Assembly (NCBI GenBank): GCA_965113315.1
Contig: OZ220368.1
DNA from: Podarcis vaucheri
Lineage: Eukaryota
DNA: 64,000 nucleotides
Reading direction: 5' to 3' (one strand)
The position numbers were made by a program, and so were the translations under genes. Shown here in pieces: positions 1-12,302 of the stretch; positions within the stretch are counted from its first letter, which is position 1; each line of letters begins with the position of its first letter. The notes below the pieces were generated by a model. That model was not told the origin of the DNA, did not search any database, and saw only the letters and a list, made by a program, of their open reading frames with translations.

Positions 1-246
1 GGTGGTTTGGAACAACCTAAAGCATTCTAAAGAGATTTGACTCTCTTCACTTTGCCTTTCAACTTCCTTTTTACTAATCCCCTCATTGCGGAGGAAGTTT
101 CTTATTTTGAAGTAAAATGTTACTGGTTTGAATTAGTGAATTATTGAACCTCAGTACTAAATGTATGCAAAAAAATGTGCTCTGCTAATATTGAGCTATA
201 ATCCCACTTCTTTCCTTGCCACCCCCCCCCCCCAAATCTGGGAATA

Positions 247-487
247 CAGTGGTACCTCGGTTTAAGAACAGTCTGGTTTAAGAACGATTCGGTTTACAAA
301 CTCTGCAAAACTGGAAGTAGTGTCCCGGTTTGCGAACTTTACTTCTGTCTAAGAACGGAATCCAAACGGTGGAAGGGCACCAGTGGCGGGAAGCCTCATT
401 AGGGAAAGCGCGCCTCAGTTTAAGAACAGTTTCGCTTTAAGAACGGACTTCTGGAACGGATGAAGTTCATAAAGCAAGGTACCACTG
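247..487. mobile_element. Tc1/mariner (pogo/Tigger-like) MITE
   Basis: TIRs CAGTGGTACCT / AGGTACCACTG flanked by TA on both sides. Confidence 0.88.
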
Positions 488-991
488 TAGGACTTCCTGC
501 TCAGTGGATATGGTTTGTAGACAATGTTGAGATTAAGGATGCCCTTCATTATTTTATTTTATTAACTGTTGGGTTAAATGGTAGCAGTGACTTGTTTCCA
601 TCTATTTGGGGGTAGGGAAGCTCAGGCAATAAAGATCTTCTAGAAGCCAAAGTGACCAGCTTTTCCACTCATATATTGGCTATAGGAAAGTGGGGGGTGG
701 GAGAGAATGACAAACTGCCTGCTAGAATAATAGCTAGCAGATGACGGCAACAAGCTGGTATCATTTTTTTTAATTAAAGTTTTTTTCCTTACATTTTGTA
801 AAATATAATGGGATCGACATGTAGAAATCCACAGTGGCAAGTTACCTGAATCCCAAGCTTGTATCTTTTTGACCTTGTTTCCAGTCAAGGTAGTTTCCAT
901 GTTCTAATTGAGAATGCTGTTCTTGTCTGTTATGTTTGGGTATTATTGTCTGTAGGTAACTTTTGTGGACTCGGCAAAACCATAAGCCAAG

Positions 992-1057
992 ATGCTTGGC
1001 AGAAGACCCAAGAAAAGCCCCCAGGTGAAAGGTCAGGCAGCTGCTGCTGCAAAACAG
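992..1057 (+). CDS. CC2D1B: CC2D1B coding exon 1 (MLGRRPKKSPQVKGQAAAAAKQ); exon begins at 956
   Basis: Acceptor tgtag at 955, ATG 992, donor CAG|gtatat; resembles the mammalian CC2D1B N-terminus. Confidence 0.9.
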
Positions 1058-1690
1058 GTATATATATGTACATGTCTTCTCCCAATTCTGTATGTACTTG
1101 TTAGAACAGTTTAAACTTTAAGTCCATTTGCTTAGCACAAGTTGTTATGTTACTACGATTCAAATATTCTTTGGAGTCTATTGTACTTTTGTATCTGTAA
1201 GAACAGAGAAGCAGTGCCTTTGATTACCCATATTTGAGTTGCATCAGGAATTCACTTGCAGATTTTGCTCCAGAAAGACTTGAATTATACAAGTATCTCA
1301 TCTATCCTGTACTTTGCAATGGTAGGCTTCCTTAGAATTAAACCAGATCTGACAGATGTCCAGCCAATACTTCTTATGAAAAACTGTACCTCTGCTAGGT
1401 GCTTTATCCTTGAAGTCTGTGCCTTGTGACCTGATGAGTCATTGTCTGATTAGCCTTTTAAGTTCCCATCAGAATTTCCTGCCAGCTCTTGGATGCTGGG
1501 GAAACATTAAGAGGCAGGGTAGTTTAAGGAGCAAGCAGCAGCCCTTTGAGAGAAGCAAACAGAAAGTTGGAATGCTTGACACCTACTGAACAAACTTGGT
1601 TTCCTTCTCCGTTGTCATAAGTCTTGCTGGTAGTGCCAGGTGATTGCCTCCACAAGCTAAATAAGTGTTGCTGTTGCATGTTACAGGTAA

Positions 1691-2103
1691 TAGAGCTGTG
1701 CGATATCAGCAGCAACTGCAGTCCCCTCAGCTAAGCGGTTTCACAGAGCCCCTACCCCACCGCCGGCTCACAGGAGCCAGCACCAGGCTGGGGGCTCCTT
1801 AAACTGCTCAGCTGAGGTAAGGGCAACTGCACACTCCTCAGTCAAGCAGTTTAAAGATACAGAGGGAGGAACAATCTGTATCGGCACCTCGCAGAATGCA
1901 GTGGCGGGTTCACTCAGCGATATGTCGCTGGTGAAATCGCCACCGCTCTAGAGTCCCTCTGCTAGCAGCGCCAGTGGAGGAAGGAACTCTAGCAGACGCT
2001 GCTAGCAGAGGGACTCAGGACCGGTGGTAGTTTCACCACCAATATACCACTGAGTGAAGCTGACATCACAGTTTGCTCCTGGGCAATATATCACACAGGC
2101 CTA
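1691..2103. mobile_element. hAT-type non-autonomous DNA transposon with internal hairpin
   Basis: Imperfect TIRs TAGAGCTGTGCGATAT / ATATCACACAGGCCTA; perfect 8-bp TSD ACAGGTAA (1683-1690, 2104-2111). Confidence 0.85.
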
Positions 2104-2694
2104 ACAGGTAACTTAGGTCTGAGTGCTCATAATAATAAATGAAGAGGGCAAAAGTAGTTAGTACTTAAAAGCAAATACATATGGAATCAGAGCTGAGAGG
2201 TGCCACAATGCTGCCCAGGGCAACCTCCTCTATGAAACAGGATCTGCCCATTTCCCACAGATTGGCTTATGCACCCAGGACACTATGTGCCATGATCAAA
2301 GAACACGTATGGTTTAGAAAAGTGCTAGCTGAACAAACTCATCTGTGCAAGTAGGAGACATTGCATGCTGCAGAAGGACAGCAAAACCTTCCAAACTTGC
2401 TAGCCAGCCTAGCCTTATGGAAGAGAGAAACAGGTCTTGTTTCTCTAGAATGTGATCCTTATGAAAGGAAGTGTCACATTTCCAAGCCAGTTGCAAGATC
2501 TGAACCCTTCACGAGTCAAAGGGTTTCAAAACACTGATTAGAAAACAAGAGGGAAGTAGTGCTGCAGGGTAGAAGTGCCAAAAGCGAACCATCAAGCCAA
2601 CAATTTAGAACTGTGCACTGTCACGACTGGAAATTGCATTGGGAGCTTGTATGACTAGAGCAGGCTACCTGCTTCAGGATTTATTTCTACTGTT

Positions 2695-2901
2695 ATATTT
2701 TTATATCCCACATTTCCTCCAAGGTGGCATACATGCTTCTCTTCCTTCCCATGTTATCTGCACAAAAGCCCTGTGAGGTATGTTATGCTGAGATACTGCA
2801 ACTGGCCCACATTCACCCATTGAGTTTCATGGCTGAGCAGGGAATTGAACTCTGGTCTCCCAGGTCCTGGTCCAGTGCCTTACCCACTACACCATACTGG
2901 C
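2695..2901 (-). mobile_element. tRNA-derived squamate SINE (Squam3-like)
   Basis: Reverse strand shows A box (GTGTAGTGG) and B box (GTTCAATTCC) head; body similar to copies at 28536 and 47458. Confidence 0.7.
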
Positions 2902-3604
2902 CCTACAGACTTATCTACTTCAATGCATGCACAGCAGTGAAGCCGGGAAGTGAGGATGTAATGATTTGGACAAGGCCAGTGAGTGTGTTCCTCTTCTCCC
3001 TCCTTATGTGATGTGGGTCAGCACCCAAATAGGGATATACTCTTCTGTGTTTTCCAGAGTAAGTCAGAGCAAACCTTCAGAGAATCTGTTTGCAAGATGG
3101 CTTGGTACTAGATGATTTTTAAAAGAATAATAATCTTGAATGCAACTTCCTCCTTATGTTGACAGGTAGGAAACGGGCAACAACCAACTGTTTGTTTGGT
3201 TGTTAACCACTGTGGTATGTGTTTTTGTTAGCTTTCACAAGCTAAATGGGAGCACTGTGACACAGCAGCATCAAATCAAGGAAACAGATCTTGTTTTTTC
3301 AGTTTTCGTGGGTTCTGTCGTAGGATAAAGGAAAGCACACCCTCAATTCACTCATGGAACTTGCCAGATCAGCAGGGCCTTAGTGTTTGAGAGAGTATCC
3401 AGCATTCCCCATTCCTGACTATTGCAAGCAAAGGTAGATAGTGGTGGGCAAACTGTTTTTCACAGGAGCTTGTGTTGCATTACTGATCTTCTCATCATGG
3501 AACACTTGATGAACTTCAGAGCAAACCCAGGGATCTGAAAGCCACTGAGCTAGGATTATTAATGGGCACTGTTACAGGGGCCACATAACAAATAGATATT
3601 TTAG

Positions 3605-3900
3605 TGCATCAGCACCTACACTTTGGAACTTATTCCCTGTTGACACCACACAAGTGCCTTCCCTGTATTCTTTTCACCGCCTGCTTTAAACATTTTTGTC
3701 CAGAGATGCCTGTCTGCACCAGTAGAAGTTATATGTGTTTTATCAATTTTTAGCTGCTATGGGTTTTAACCCATCAGCTTTCAGATTTTAAAACATACAT
3801 TTTTTGTGTGTGAGAATTTTAATGTTTTATGTTTTTGTAAACTGCTTAGAGCTTTTCTTGCAATCAAGTGGTATATTCATTTTGTCCAGTAGATAAATAA
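3605..3900 (+). mobile_element. Degenerate L2-clade LINE 3' end
   Basis: APTLWN..P..KTF-like ORF2 remnant, GTAAACTGCTTAGAG...GGTATA tail motif, (AAAT) tail. Confidence 0.6.
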
Positions 3901-5212
3901 AGACACGTTGGGCCTCAGATAGCCGGGGGAGGGGGGGCAGGGGCTGTCCAAAAGAGTTACTGCATTTTCTATTGCTCCATACAGGCAACTCAAAACTTAC
4001 AATTGTGTTCATTTGGGGATGCTTTGGCATCTGAGCGGTGGATCAAAAGCAGCTATTCATCATAAATATTATTTCTTTCTATTGCCCCTGCGTTGTGACT
4101 GAAAGGTTGAAGAGATATTGGAAGGAATTCATTGTCATGATTTTCCAGTTGTTCCATCAGCTCCAGCATTTGGCTCACTTCCTCACCCTGTGTGCTGTTC
4201 TAGAGGTTCTGCAACCCCACCCCACCCCAGTCAATTTGGGGAGGGGAGAGGGGAGACATGTTGCACAAGCTTCTGCTGATGGGACTCATTAGTTGGATCC
4301 CATCCATTTATTTTTTTTGTAGTGCTTTTAGGCTACTAGATTTGTGTCAGGCAAAGGATTATAAAATCAAGTATGTTTTTATGTTTTAGAACAAAGCTGG
4401 GCTTGCAGAAATTTATCTGTGGCAACTTGTATGTTGTTTAGATTTCTATAAAAGACTTAAGTTCCCTGGGTACAATAGATGATGGATAGTACCTTGTGAA
4501 CTTGCAGAAGTTTCAATTTGCCAGTTTTCTGATGTTAGAATGAAAGTGGCAATTTGGTATGCTCAGGTAAGCCTGGCAACTTAGACATCATTGGCACACC
4601 TGAGCCATCTTCAGGCATTGCATTCCACAAGTTACCAAGTGAGAGGGGGGCAGCATGGGTGGGTGCTCTATCTCTCTCCCCAATTTTGTCTCTTTCCATT
4701 TCATGGAAGGTGACAGTCTGCAGTGGGGAGCCTCTTTTTGTGTTGGTGTTTCCAAAATAGGTGGCACTTCATGGATCTGAGAGGCTCCCCACCTTAGATA
4801 GTCACAATCTACAAGTTGGAAGGTGACAAAAACAGGGTTGTTGAGGAGCTAGCGCACCCCTACAAGTAGTCAGGTCCCTGGAATGTGATGCCCTGAAGGG
4901 GTCTTAAGACACATGAAGTTCAGTGGAATCTGAAAGCTGGTGCAGAATTCTGAGACTCCAACATGCTTGGATTTTTAAACTATATTTCTAGCCCTTTCTG
5001 TTATGGAGAGATCTATATTTCAAATTAAGGTAAAGTGTGTGATAGACACCAGTGTCTTCTCCCTTCTCCCACAACCAAAAAATACAATTTCCTATCACGT
5101 ACGACTTTCCTTATTGGTACATTGTTCTTTTCCGAACAGATTCATACTTAACAACAACCAAAAATCCAATTCTACCAAGAAAAAAGCATTGCAACTGAGA
5201 GCCAGTTCTAAT

Positions 5213-5385
5213 CAGAGTGTTGGACCAGATTCAAACTACCCCTCAGCCATGAAGCTTTTTGGGCAAATCACTATATCTCAGCCTAACCTGATTCCCAGGG
5301 TTTTTGTGAGGCTAAATGTTGAAAGTGAAATTATGTACACCACCCTGAGCTCCTCAGAGCAAAATTAAAGTGTAATAAATGTAAT
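5213..5385 (+). mobile_element. Degenerate Squam3-like SINE
   Basis: CTCAGCCATGAAGCT...CTCAGCCTAACC...GTTTTTGTGAGG body shared with other copies. Confidence 0.5.
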
Positions 5386-5990
5386 GGATAATGAATACAA
5401 AGGTTTACATATATTTATTTTCAAAGCTTCTTATTAAAATCTGTGTATAATATTGTTTGTCTGTTTACATCTATGTTTTGGCTATAATATCAATCCTATG
5501 TTTTAACTCTTAATTCCAGTAATGTCAGTTGTGTTTATGTTTGTACTGTAATTCAATTGTTCCAATTGCTTATATCCTTTCTGAATTTTGGCTGGTTCTA
5601 AAGAACACATCAAGGTTTAAAATGCATATCTATTTTTGAGTTGGGGAAAAACATAAAGTCTACCTAATTTTGCATAATATTGTAAACGTAATCTTGGCAC
5701 ATAATTTAAGCTTTTTCTTCAAACTTGAATTTGGTAGCTTCAGTTTGTCATCATGACAGCATCAGTGTAGAGCTCATGTGATCTGGAAATCTTAACAAAT
5801 CTCTAGGCAGGTGATCTTCATTTTTATAATCTAGGGCTGAGGCCAGGGCAGAGAAGTTAACAAAGCCTTGGTTCAGAGCAAACAACATCTGTGCTGGTCT
5901 TTCTGATGAATGACCATTGTAAGTAACATGGAGATTATATGGCAGTTGTCTTAAGCCTCCTCACTGAGCTGGTTTCTCTTTTGGCATCAG

Positions 5991-6123
5991 CTGGGACTTT
6001 TCGTAGAGTTCAATCCTGAAGAGATGATGCTAGATCTGGAGGATGACGGGGACCTAGAAGCAGAACTAGCTGCTATCACTGGAGAGAACTTGCCTGCTGG
6101 GAAAACAAAACCCAAAGGAAAAA
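5991..6123 (+). CDS. CC2D1B: CC2D1B coding exon 2 (LGLFVEFNPEEMMLDLEDDGDLEAELAAITG...)
   Basis: cag acceptor, gtaag donor, phase 0-1, conserved DLEAEL motif. Confidence 0.93.
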
Positions 6124-6394
6124 GTAAGCATGTGCACTGGAAACTTTGAATTGTTTAAGGTAATTAGAGGTTGCATTTGTACTTTTTGCCTTTGCGATGC
6201 AACTGATAATTAAGAGCCCATACACAAGATGGAATTTTTTTTGCAGTACCGTACAATCCTATATATCAGGGATGGGGAACCTTTTGCAGCCTGTGAGCTA
6301 CATTTCCTCATAGGCAGTCTTCTAGGGTGGTGGGTGGAACCAGAGGCAAAAATGAATAGAGCAACAGGTGTAATGCTGAACTTTATAGAGTACA

Positions 6395-6482
6395 AAATAA
6401 AAAAATTCCTTCCAGTAGCACCTTAAAGACCAAAGTTCTTGGTATGAGCTTTCGTGTGCATGCACACTTCTTCAGATACCAA
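6395..6482 (-). mobile_element. Penelope-like element terminal fragment
   Basis: GTAGCACCTTAAAGACC...GCTTTCGTGTGCATGCACACTTCTTCAGATAC, same family as 18656-18861; flanked by direct repeat TATAGAGTACA. Confidence 0.75.
6439..6482 (-). ncRNA. Minimal type I hammerhead ribozyme motif (Penelope-associated)
   Basis: Minus strand UUGGUAU-CUGAAGA-A-GUGUG(CAUG)CACAC-GAAA-GC-UC-AUACCAA: 7-bp stem I, catalytic boxes, 5-bp stem II, palindromic mini stem III. Confidence 0.75.
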
Positions 6483-7406
6483 TATAGAGTACATATATAG
6501 AGTACATTCAGCCATTCAAAAGACAGAGGTTTCTACCTGCCCTGCCCCCAATCCCCCCCTTCCAGGTGAACAAGAGGCGTTATCACAGTTCAAGGATGCA
6601 TTCCAGCCAATGAAAAGCCCTTGAGGAGGGTCAGTAAAGAGCCTGAGGAGAGTCCTGAGGGCTGTATTTGACCCCTGGACCTTAGTTTTCCCACCTTTGG
6701 TATACCTGTCTGCTGAAAAGTAAACCCCTTTGAGTTCTTCATTCCGGGGAGGGGATTGCAGCCTACTTTTGTAACTGGGTCTGTAGGGAGCCAATCAGAA
6801 TGAGAAAATAAAGCTACTCTTGTTCAGACATGGTGGATATTGGTAACCTGAAGAATTATGATGCATATGTCGTTACATGTTATTGTGACAGTACAATCAG
6901 ATGTTCTTATTTATTTACTTATTTATTTACTTACTTTTGCCTAGGTGTCTAGTAATACAAGTTCTTTGGATGACGTGTAACCGCTAAGTGTAAAACAGAA
7001 GTAAAGCTTAAGCATAGAATAATATAAACAAACATAGAACAGTACAAACAAATTCAGCTTTTAAAAACAAAGGTAAACCAGCCTTATCATGTGAAAAAGG
7101 CTAAGAAGGGAGTAAAGACTATAGCTGCTTGCTTGCCTTTCTTGCTGTTTTAATTTTATACTTCTGTAGTGATGCAGAATGAGACAGGCTGAAATTGGTG
7201 TGGAAGCTATAGTAACAAACAGTGAAGTGAGCAATTGGAGTCAAATAGAGCAGTTGAGAAGGAAAATTGGGCAGATGGCTGAGCATGATGAAGGAGATGA
7301 TGATACAAAAGTGGGAGGGGATGAGCTGTATATACAAGCTTTAAGACTCATGGCTGAGAGTTTAAAAGATAACAGAAGAGGAGTGGACTGACACTGAAAT
7401 GATTTA

Positions 7407-7751
7407 CAGTGGTGCCCCGCAAGACGAATGCCTCGCAAGACGAAAAACTCGCTAGACGAAAGGGTTTTGCGTTTTTTGAGCTGCTTCGCAAGATGAATTT
7501 TCCTATGGGCTTGCTTCGCAAAACGAAAACATCTTGCAAGTTTGTTTCCTTTTTCTTAACACCGTTAATACAGTTGCGACTTGACTTCGAGGAGCAACTC
7601 ATAGAACGCGGTGTGGTAGCCTTTTTTGAGGTTTTTGGTGATTTTTGAAGCTTTTCCAAAACTTTCCCGACACCGTGCTTCGCAAGACGAAAAATTCGCT
7701 AGACGAAAAAACTCGCGGAACAAATTAATTTCGTCTTGCAAGGCACCACTA
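7407..7751. mobile_element. Tc1/mariner (Tigger-like) MITE, CpG-rich
   Basis: TIRs CAGTGGTGCC-CCGCAAGACGAA / TTCGTCTTGCA-AGGCACCACTA, TA TSD, internal CGCAAGACGAAAA repeats. Confidence 0.88.
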
Positions 7752-8666
7752 TAATAGTGATCATTCAGCAGAGTCATTGGGCTAGAAAATAGATTGTTGA
7801 GGACCAGGTTTCATATCCCTGCTCAGCCAAAGGTATTGTTAGTTTCTTGCTCTCCTGCGTTCCCCATTTGTAGAAGGACTATAAGGTCACTGTGTCCCAG
7901 GCTTCTGGTGGAGACAAAAAAGGCCTGACCTGTAGTGCACTTTTCACATCAAAAGTGCTTCATAAATGATTATCGCTTTTAAAAAGCAACAACAACAACC
8001 TGTGTATAATCACTCCACCATCCCGTCCTACAGGTGGTATAATGAGGGCAGAAGATGGAGTTGAGAAAGACAAACAAATTCCTTAGGCAAGGTACCACAA
8101 GGGTAGCGTAGATGTAGTCTTCCACAAGTTGCATTTTGACATAGTTGCATGCAATACAGAGATCCTGTATTGCTTGGAATTCTGCTTGGAAGATTAGGTC
8201 TAAGTCAAAATAACAAAATAACATTGTGTGGCCATGTATCTTTGTACTTCTGGATGAAAACTTTGAAAGATCACCGAGTTACAAAATAGGCTGGTTCATA
8301 CAGAACACTAACCCATGGTTTAGCACAACCTAGAATACGTCCATTGCACACTCTGCTTTGCTTTTCACAGCATTTCGTTTCTCTTTCACCCTGACCTAAT
8401 GTTATGCACAAACCAGAGATAACAGGTTTTAGTGCTACATAAGCGATCCTCCTGTCAGGCCTGTACACCCCCCTCCCCCTTCCTCCTCCCCTCCCCTCCA
8501 ATAGTAAGATTGATGCCAAGTTTACTTTCATTTTCAAAGACTCTTGGTTTGGGGGGGGGGAGGTTTAGGCCTGGTTTGCTGAAGATGTGTTTTTGTTGGC
8601 CAGGTTTATTTCCTAAATTGACTGTTGAGACTTTGTTTCCTATAATAGCTTAGGATTGGTGCAGAA

Positions 8667-9068
8667 CAGGGGTCACCAACCTTTTTGGACCAGTGGTCAC
8701 CTTTTGAATTTTGGAAGAGTGTTTTGGGTGCCAGTCACAACTTGCCTGCCACGGTGCACATAGTTTAACAGACAATTTAAGAGAGCACAGCCATTCTTCC
8801 TCACCACATCATACAATATTGATTATGTACTCACATTCAACCATTTTATTGTTATGTAATAACAACAGTTAACATTCCTCGAATGACCATGTTTCACTTG
8901 CACACACACTCACACACACCCCTTCAGAAAAGCCCCTCCATGGGAGAAGGAAGTATCTGCAATTGTGGGTGGGGGGAAGCAATATCTCTCCTTGCACCCT
9001 GAAACAAAATAAACAACAACATGAAGTCCACAAACTTGATACCCACAGTCACCGGTTTCATGATCCCT
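8667..9068. mobile_element. Degenerate hAT-type element
   Basis: Left end CAGGGGTCACCAACCTTTTTGGACC; right end decayed, boundary approximate. Confidence 0.45.
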
Positions 9069-9271
9069 ACATAAAGAAGGAAAGCAACGTGATAGAAAGT
9101 TTAGGTATAACTACTTAATGTCTTTTAATTTTTTACTGGCTAAAACCAACAAAGTGGCCAAGATGAAGAAAAGTCTTTTAAAAACCTGCCACAATGTTAG
9201 GGTCACAGTAATTGTTTATCTGAACCTTAGGGTTCCTCCCTTAGGATCTCCTTGTTAATTGTGTTCTCCAG

Positions 9272-9372
9272 CTCCCCTGCCTATGGATCATATTGAAAAG
9301 ATGGCCGCTGAGTGCATGAAGGACTTGGATGAAGATGATGACGAAGGTCTGGAAGAAGATACCGAACTTTTG
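9272..9372 (+). CDS. CC2D1B: CC2D1B coding exon 3 (PLPMDHIEKMAAECMKDLDEDDDEGLEEDTELL)
   Basis: ccag acceptor, gtatat donor, phase 1-0. Confidence 0.92.
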
Positions 9373-9859
9373 GTATATATGGGATTCCGTTGCAAGGCTG
9401 TTTTTCTTGGTGTAAAGGAAGAGGCATCGTCCCCTTATAGGAAAGAATGCATGTGATAACACTCCAAATTCTTGTGGGTCTGGAACGCTGAAAGGGAGGT
9501 GCAAGCAGTTCTTCCTAGTAATTGGCTGTAACCATTAAAGCTCAGAATTTTCCAGAGAGCAACGGCAGGTGTGTGGGTTTTACCTTTCCTGCTTGGTACT
9601 GGCTCTGTTTCCTCAGGCTGGAGCAGAAGTGGTGTCTGTTTGTAGCTGCCAGAGGGGAAAGAAGAAACTTGTCTGGAAAAGAAATTGTGACATTCCTGAG
9701 GTTTGAACTGGGCTGCAGGTGAATTAAATTTAGAAGTTGTTCCATAATGTTTGAAGAGATAGTAGCATCTGGCAGTACTACTGGTGAACTTCATGTGCAC
9801 CAAGACCCACTCACACATGTTTCTTAAGGATCCTGGGAAATCAGGCTGAAAACTTACTA

Positions 9860-10121
9860 CCCTATTGGCCTGAATATAAGCCACACCCGAATATAAGCCA
9901 CACCTTTAAAATTCATGGGTGGGGGGGGGAGAAATACCCAAATATAAACCGCTCCCTTAAAATTATGCAGGCACTCACACCCGTTCCGTTTTACCACATG
10001 TCTGTTTCAGCAGCAATATTGTAAAAGCCAATTTTTGTAAGATCACAAAGATAAGCTGCACTTTAACTTTACATGGTCAGCATTTGGAAAAAAAGTGAGG
10101 CTTATATTCAGGCCAATATGG
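9860..10121. mobile_element. Tc1/mariner-type MITE
   Basis: TIRs CCCTATTGGCCTGAATATAAGCC / GGCTTATATTCAGGCCAATATGG, TA TSD. Confidence 0.85.
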
Positions 10122-11027
10122 TATTTCTCTTGGGAGTTGTTTTTAGAACTGCTTTGCACCCCCTAAAGTGATTGTGTCCTACCACACATGATCCTTATAT
10201 TAAAATCATTTCCATATTCTTTAATACAAGGCTGGGAGAGGCAGGAGGAAATCTTAATGAAATGAATATGATGTTTTATTCACTGGAACATCATTAAGGC
10301 CTCTCAACAGCTGCGGTTTTTGGAGTTTCCAGATTTGGAATTCAGGCATATCAGAAAGGCTGGCATATAAGAACTTTTACTACAATCTTGTGTACAAAAA
10401 CACTTTGAGGGGTTTTTTTGTTTTGTTTTTACAGTCAAGTAGTATATAAATAACATGAAATAAAAAATACAATTGTGCTTGGTTAAGTCCCATAGGACTT
10501 CACTGGGACATAATTGTATGCAAGATTGTGGCCTTCGTTTGCTTTACAGGCTGTAGAGTTCTTCATAGATGTGTGTTCTTAGAACCGTGCAAGTTCCTGG
10601 TTGCCTAAGGGGCCCTTAAAAGGCATACAGGAAGTTTACAAATCACAGCACAATTCTACCCATCCTTAACCACACACACATTCGAGGTTTAACTGGAATT
10701 ATTTTGCTGCCAATTCAAATTAGCTAAAATGTGGTGCATCGCTTGGACAGCATGTAGCTTTTACATGAAGCTTTTAATCTCTGATGTAAAGCTGCCACAG
10801 AGGAACATAAATGAGGCAGCCTTATTCACATACAACAGTGAATTTTTGTAAAGAAAAAAGTGCAGTTGGTTTGGCATAAGAAGAATGCTCTTTGATTCTA
10901 AGTAAGAGATTTCTGGGCCCCACCTTTGAATGAAAGCAGCAGAAAGTACCCCGTGGTTCATTTTAATGCAGTCCTCAAAATAGAAGTAGCTCTTCTTTAG
11001 CAACAATTGCACTGTTTCATGCTCTAG

Positions 11028-11144
11028 GCAGAGTTGCAGGAAGTCCTGGGAGAGGAAGACGGAGGAGGAAGCGGTGAATGTGAGACGGAAACAATAGAAG
11101 AGTCTTCTGTAGCCGCAGAGGAGCCCAGCGATCTACCAACACAG
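11028..11144 (+). CDS. CC2D1B: CC2D1B coding exon 4 (AELQEVLGEED...PTQ)
   Basis: ctag acceptor, gtaaat donor, phase 0-0, ELQEVLG motif. Confidence 0.9.
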
Positions 11145-11445
11145 GTAAATGAAAGCTTTTGCTTTGAGCCTAGAAAACTGGATTTTAAGGAATGTAAAGG
11201 TTAAGCCCTTCAGGGTATGAATTGCACTGCATTTTGTTTTGGTTTGGGGGTTTTTTTATTTAAAAAAACCTACCCTCTGTACTGGGAATATAGCAAAGTG
11301 TTTAGCTTTCATTTAAAGTGAACTTGGAAGTTGGTTAGCACCTTGAAAGTGAGAATGTGATGCAGGCAACTGAGCAAAGACAATGGCTGTGACCTGGGCT
11401 CCTGGAGACAGCTGATTTTAACAGCGTAGTCAGTCAGGCTGTAGA

Positions 11446-11586
11446 CAAGGGATGGAGAACCTGTGACTCTCCAGAGGTTGCTGAACCCCCAACTTCCATC
11501 AGTCTTAACCAGTATGGTCTGTGGTCAGGTATGATGGAAACCTTAAGCTCAACAACATTTGGAGGGCCACCAGTTCCCCACTCCTC
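11446..11586. mobile_element. Short palindromic hAT MITE (related decayed copies near 13360-13445, 19265-19390, 25420-25530)
   Basis: GGGATGGAGAACCTGTG..CTCCAGA / TGGAGGGCCACCAGTTCCCCACTCC ends; ACTACAACTCCCATCA-type internal palindrome. Confidence 0.7.
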
Positions 11587-11838
11587 CTACATAGACAGTG
11601 TAGGATTGAACAAAACCACCTCAGGACATTCTCCTTGGCTGGAGTTGTGTTTAGGGCTTGTGTTTGGTTGCCTCTTTCCTTTGAACACATTCTGTGAGTT
11701 TTCTTTGTTCCGTTCTTGTTAGAGTTAGGTTTGATGAGCAGTGCTGCCGATATTTACTTAACATTGGCAGCTTCATGGCAGAGTGTTTTTGTAAAGTGAA
11801 TAAGTGCTAGTGGCATTTCTAGTCTCTTGAATTTGTAG

Positions 11839-11889
11839 CGTTTGTCTGATGATTTTTCCATCCCCCCTGCGGAAGGAGAGAAGAACTTT
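11839..11889 (+). CDS. CC2D1B: Candidate CC2D1B cassette exon (RLSDDFSIPPAEGEKNF)
   Basis: tttgtag acceptor, TTT|gtaagc donor, 51 nt stop-free in phase 0-0 matching the host intron; no transcript evidence. Confidence 0.35.
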
Positions 11890-12302
11890 GTAAGCAAACA
11901 TGTTGAAGAAAACCGTTAGAGAGCTCACAGCAGAATAGAGAAAACATTTTCAATACTTCAAAATAACTTTGCAGTCAGTCTCTGTCTGAAATGACGAAGA
12001 CCTTCCGACTAAATATGCCCAGTGGCTGTGAACGTTTCCTGAGGTGTTCCACCCACCCACTTCTCTGCTGCTGCTTTGGCAGAAAGCCGAGAGGTGACTT
12101 GTGGAATTTTTGCAGAAGAACAGACACTCATCTGTTCAAGGGAGGTGGTTCCGCCTCTTATGCCTTGAGTCCTAGGTGTGCATGTTCCAGAGAATGTGGT
12201 TCTCTCCCGCCCCTGATACTTGAACGTCTGATTTAGAGTTCAGTTCTGGTGAGCAGAATACTTGTCATCTTTTTTGGTCTAATTTCCTTTATCTTCTTTG
12301 AG

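Larger units (their letters stand above)
6267..6699. mobile_element. hAT-type MITE hosting a nested Penelope-like fragment
   Basis: CAGGGATGGGGAAC left end and TTTTCCCACCTTTG right end (imperfect TIRs). Confidence 0.6.

Noticed and set aside
1431-1460. CTGATGAG as a hammerhead core
   Set aside because: No stem II followed by GAAA
7170-7391. Acidic 70-aa ORF after a strong-looking acceptor (cttctgtag), as an extra CC2D1B exon
   Set aside because: In the required phase 1 it hits TGA after six codons; the purine-rich strand bias fits an old antisense LINE remnant better
7407-7751. Spaced CGCAAGACGAAAA repeats resembling a CRISPR-like array
   Set aside because: Irregular spacing, inside TIRs with TA TSD; subterminal MITE repeats in a vertebrate genome
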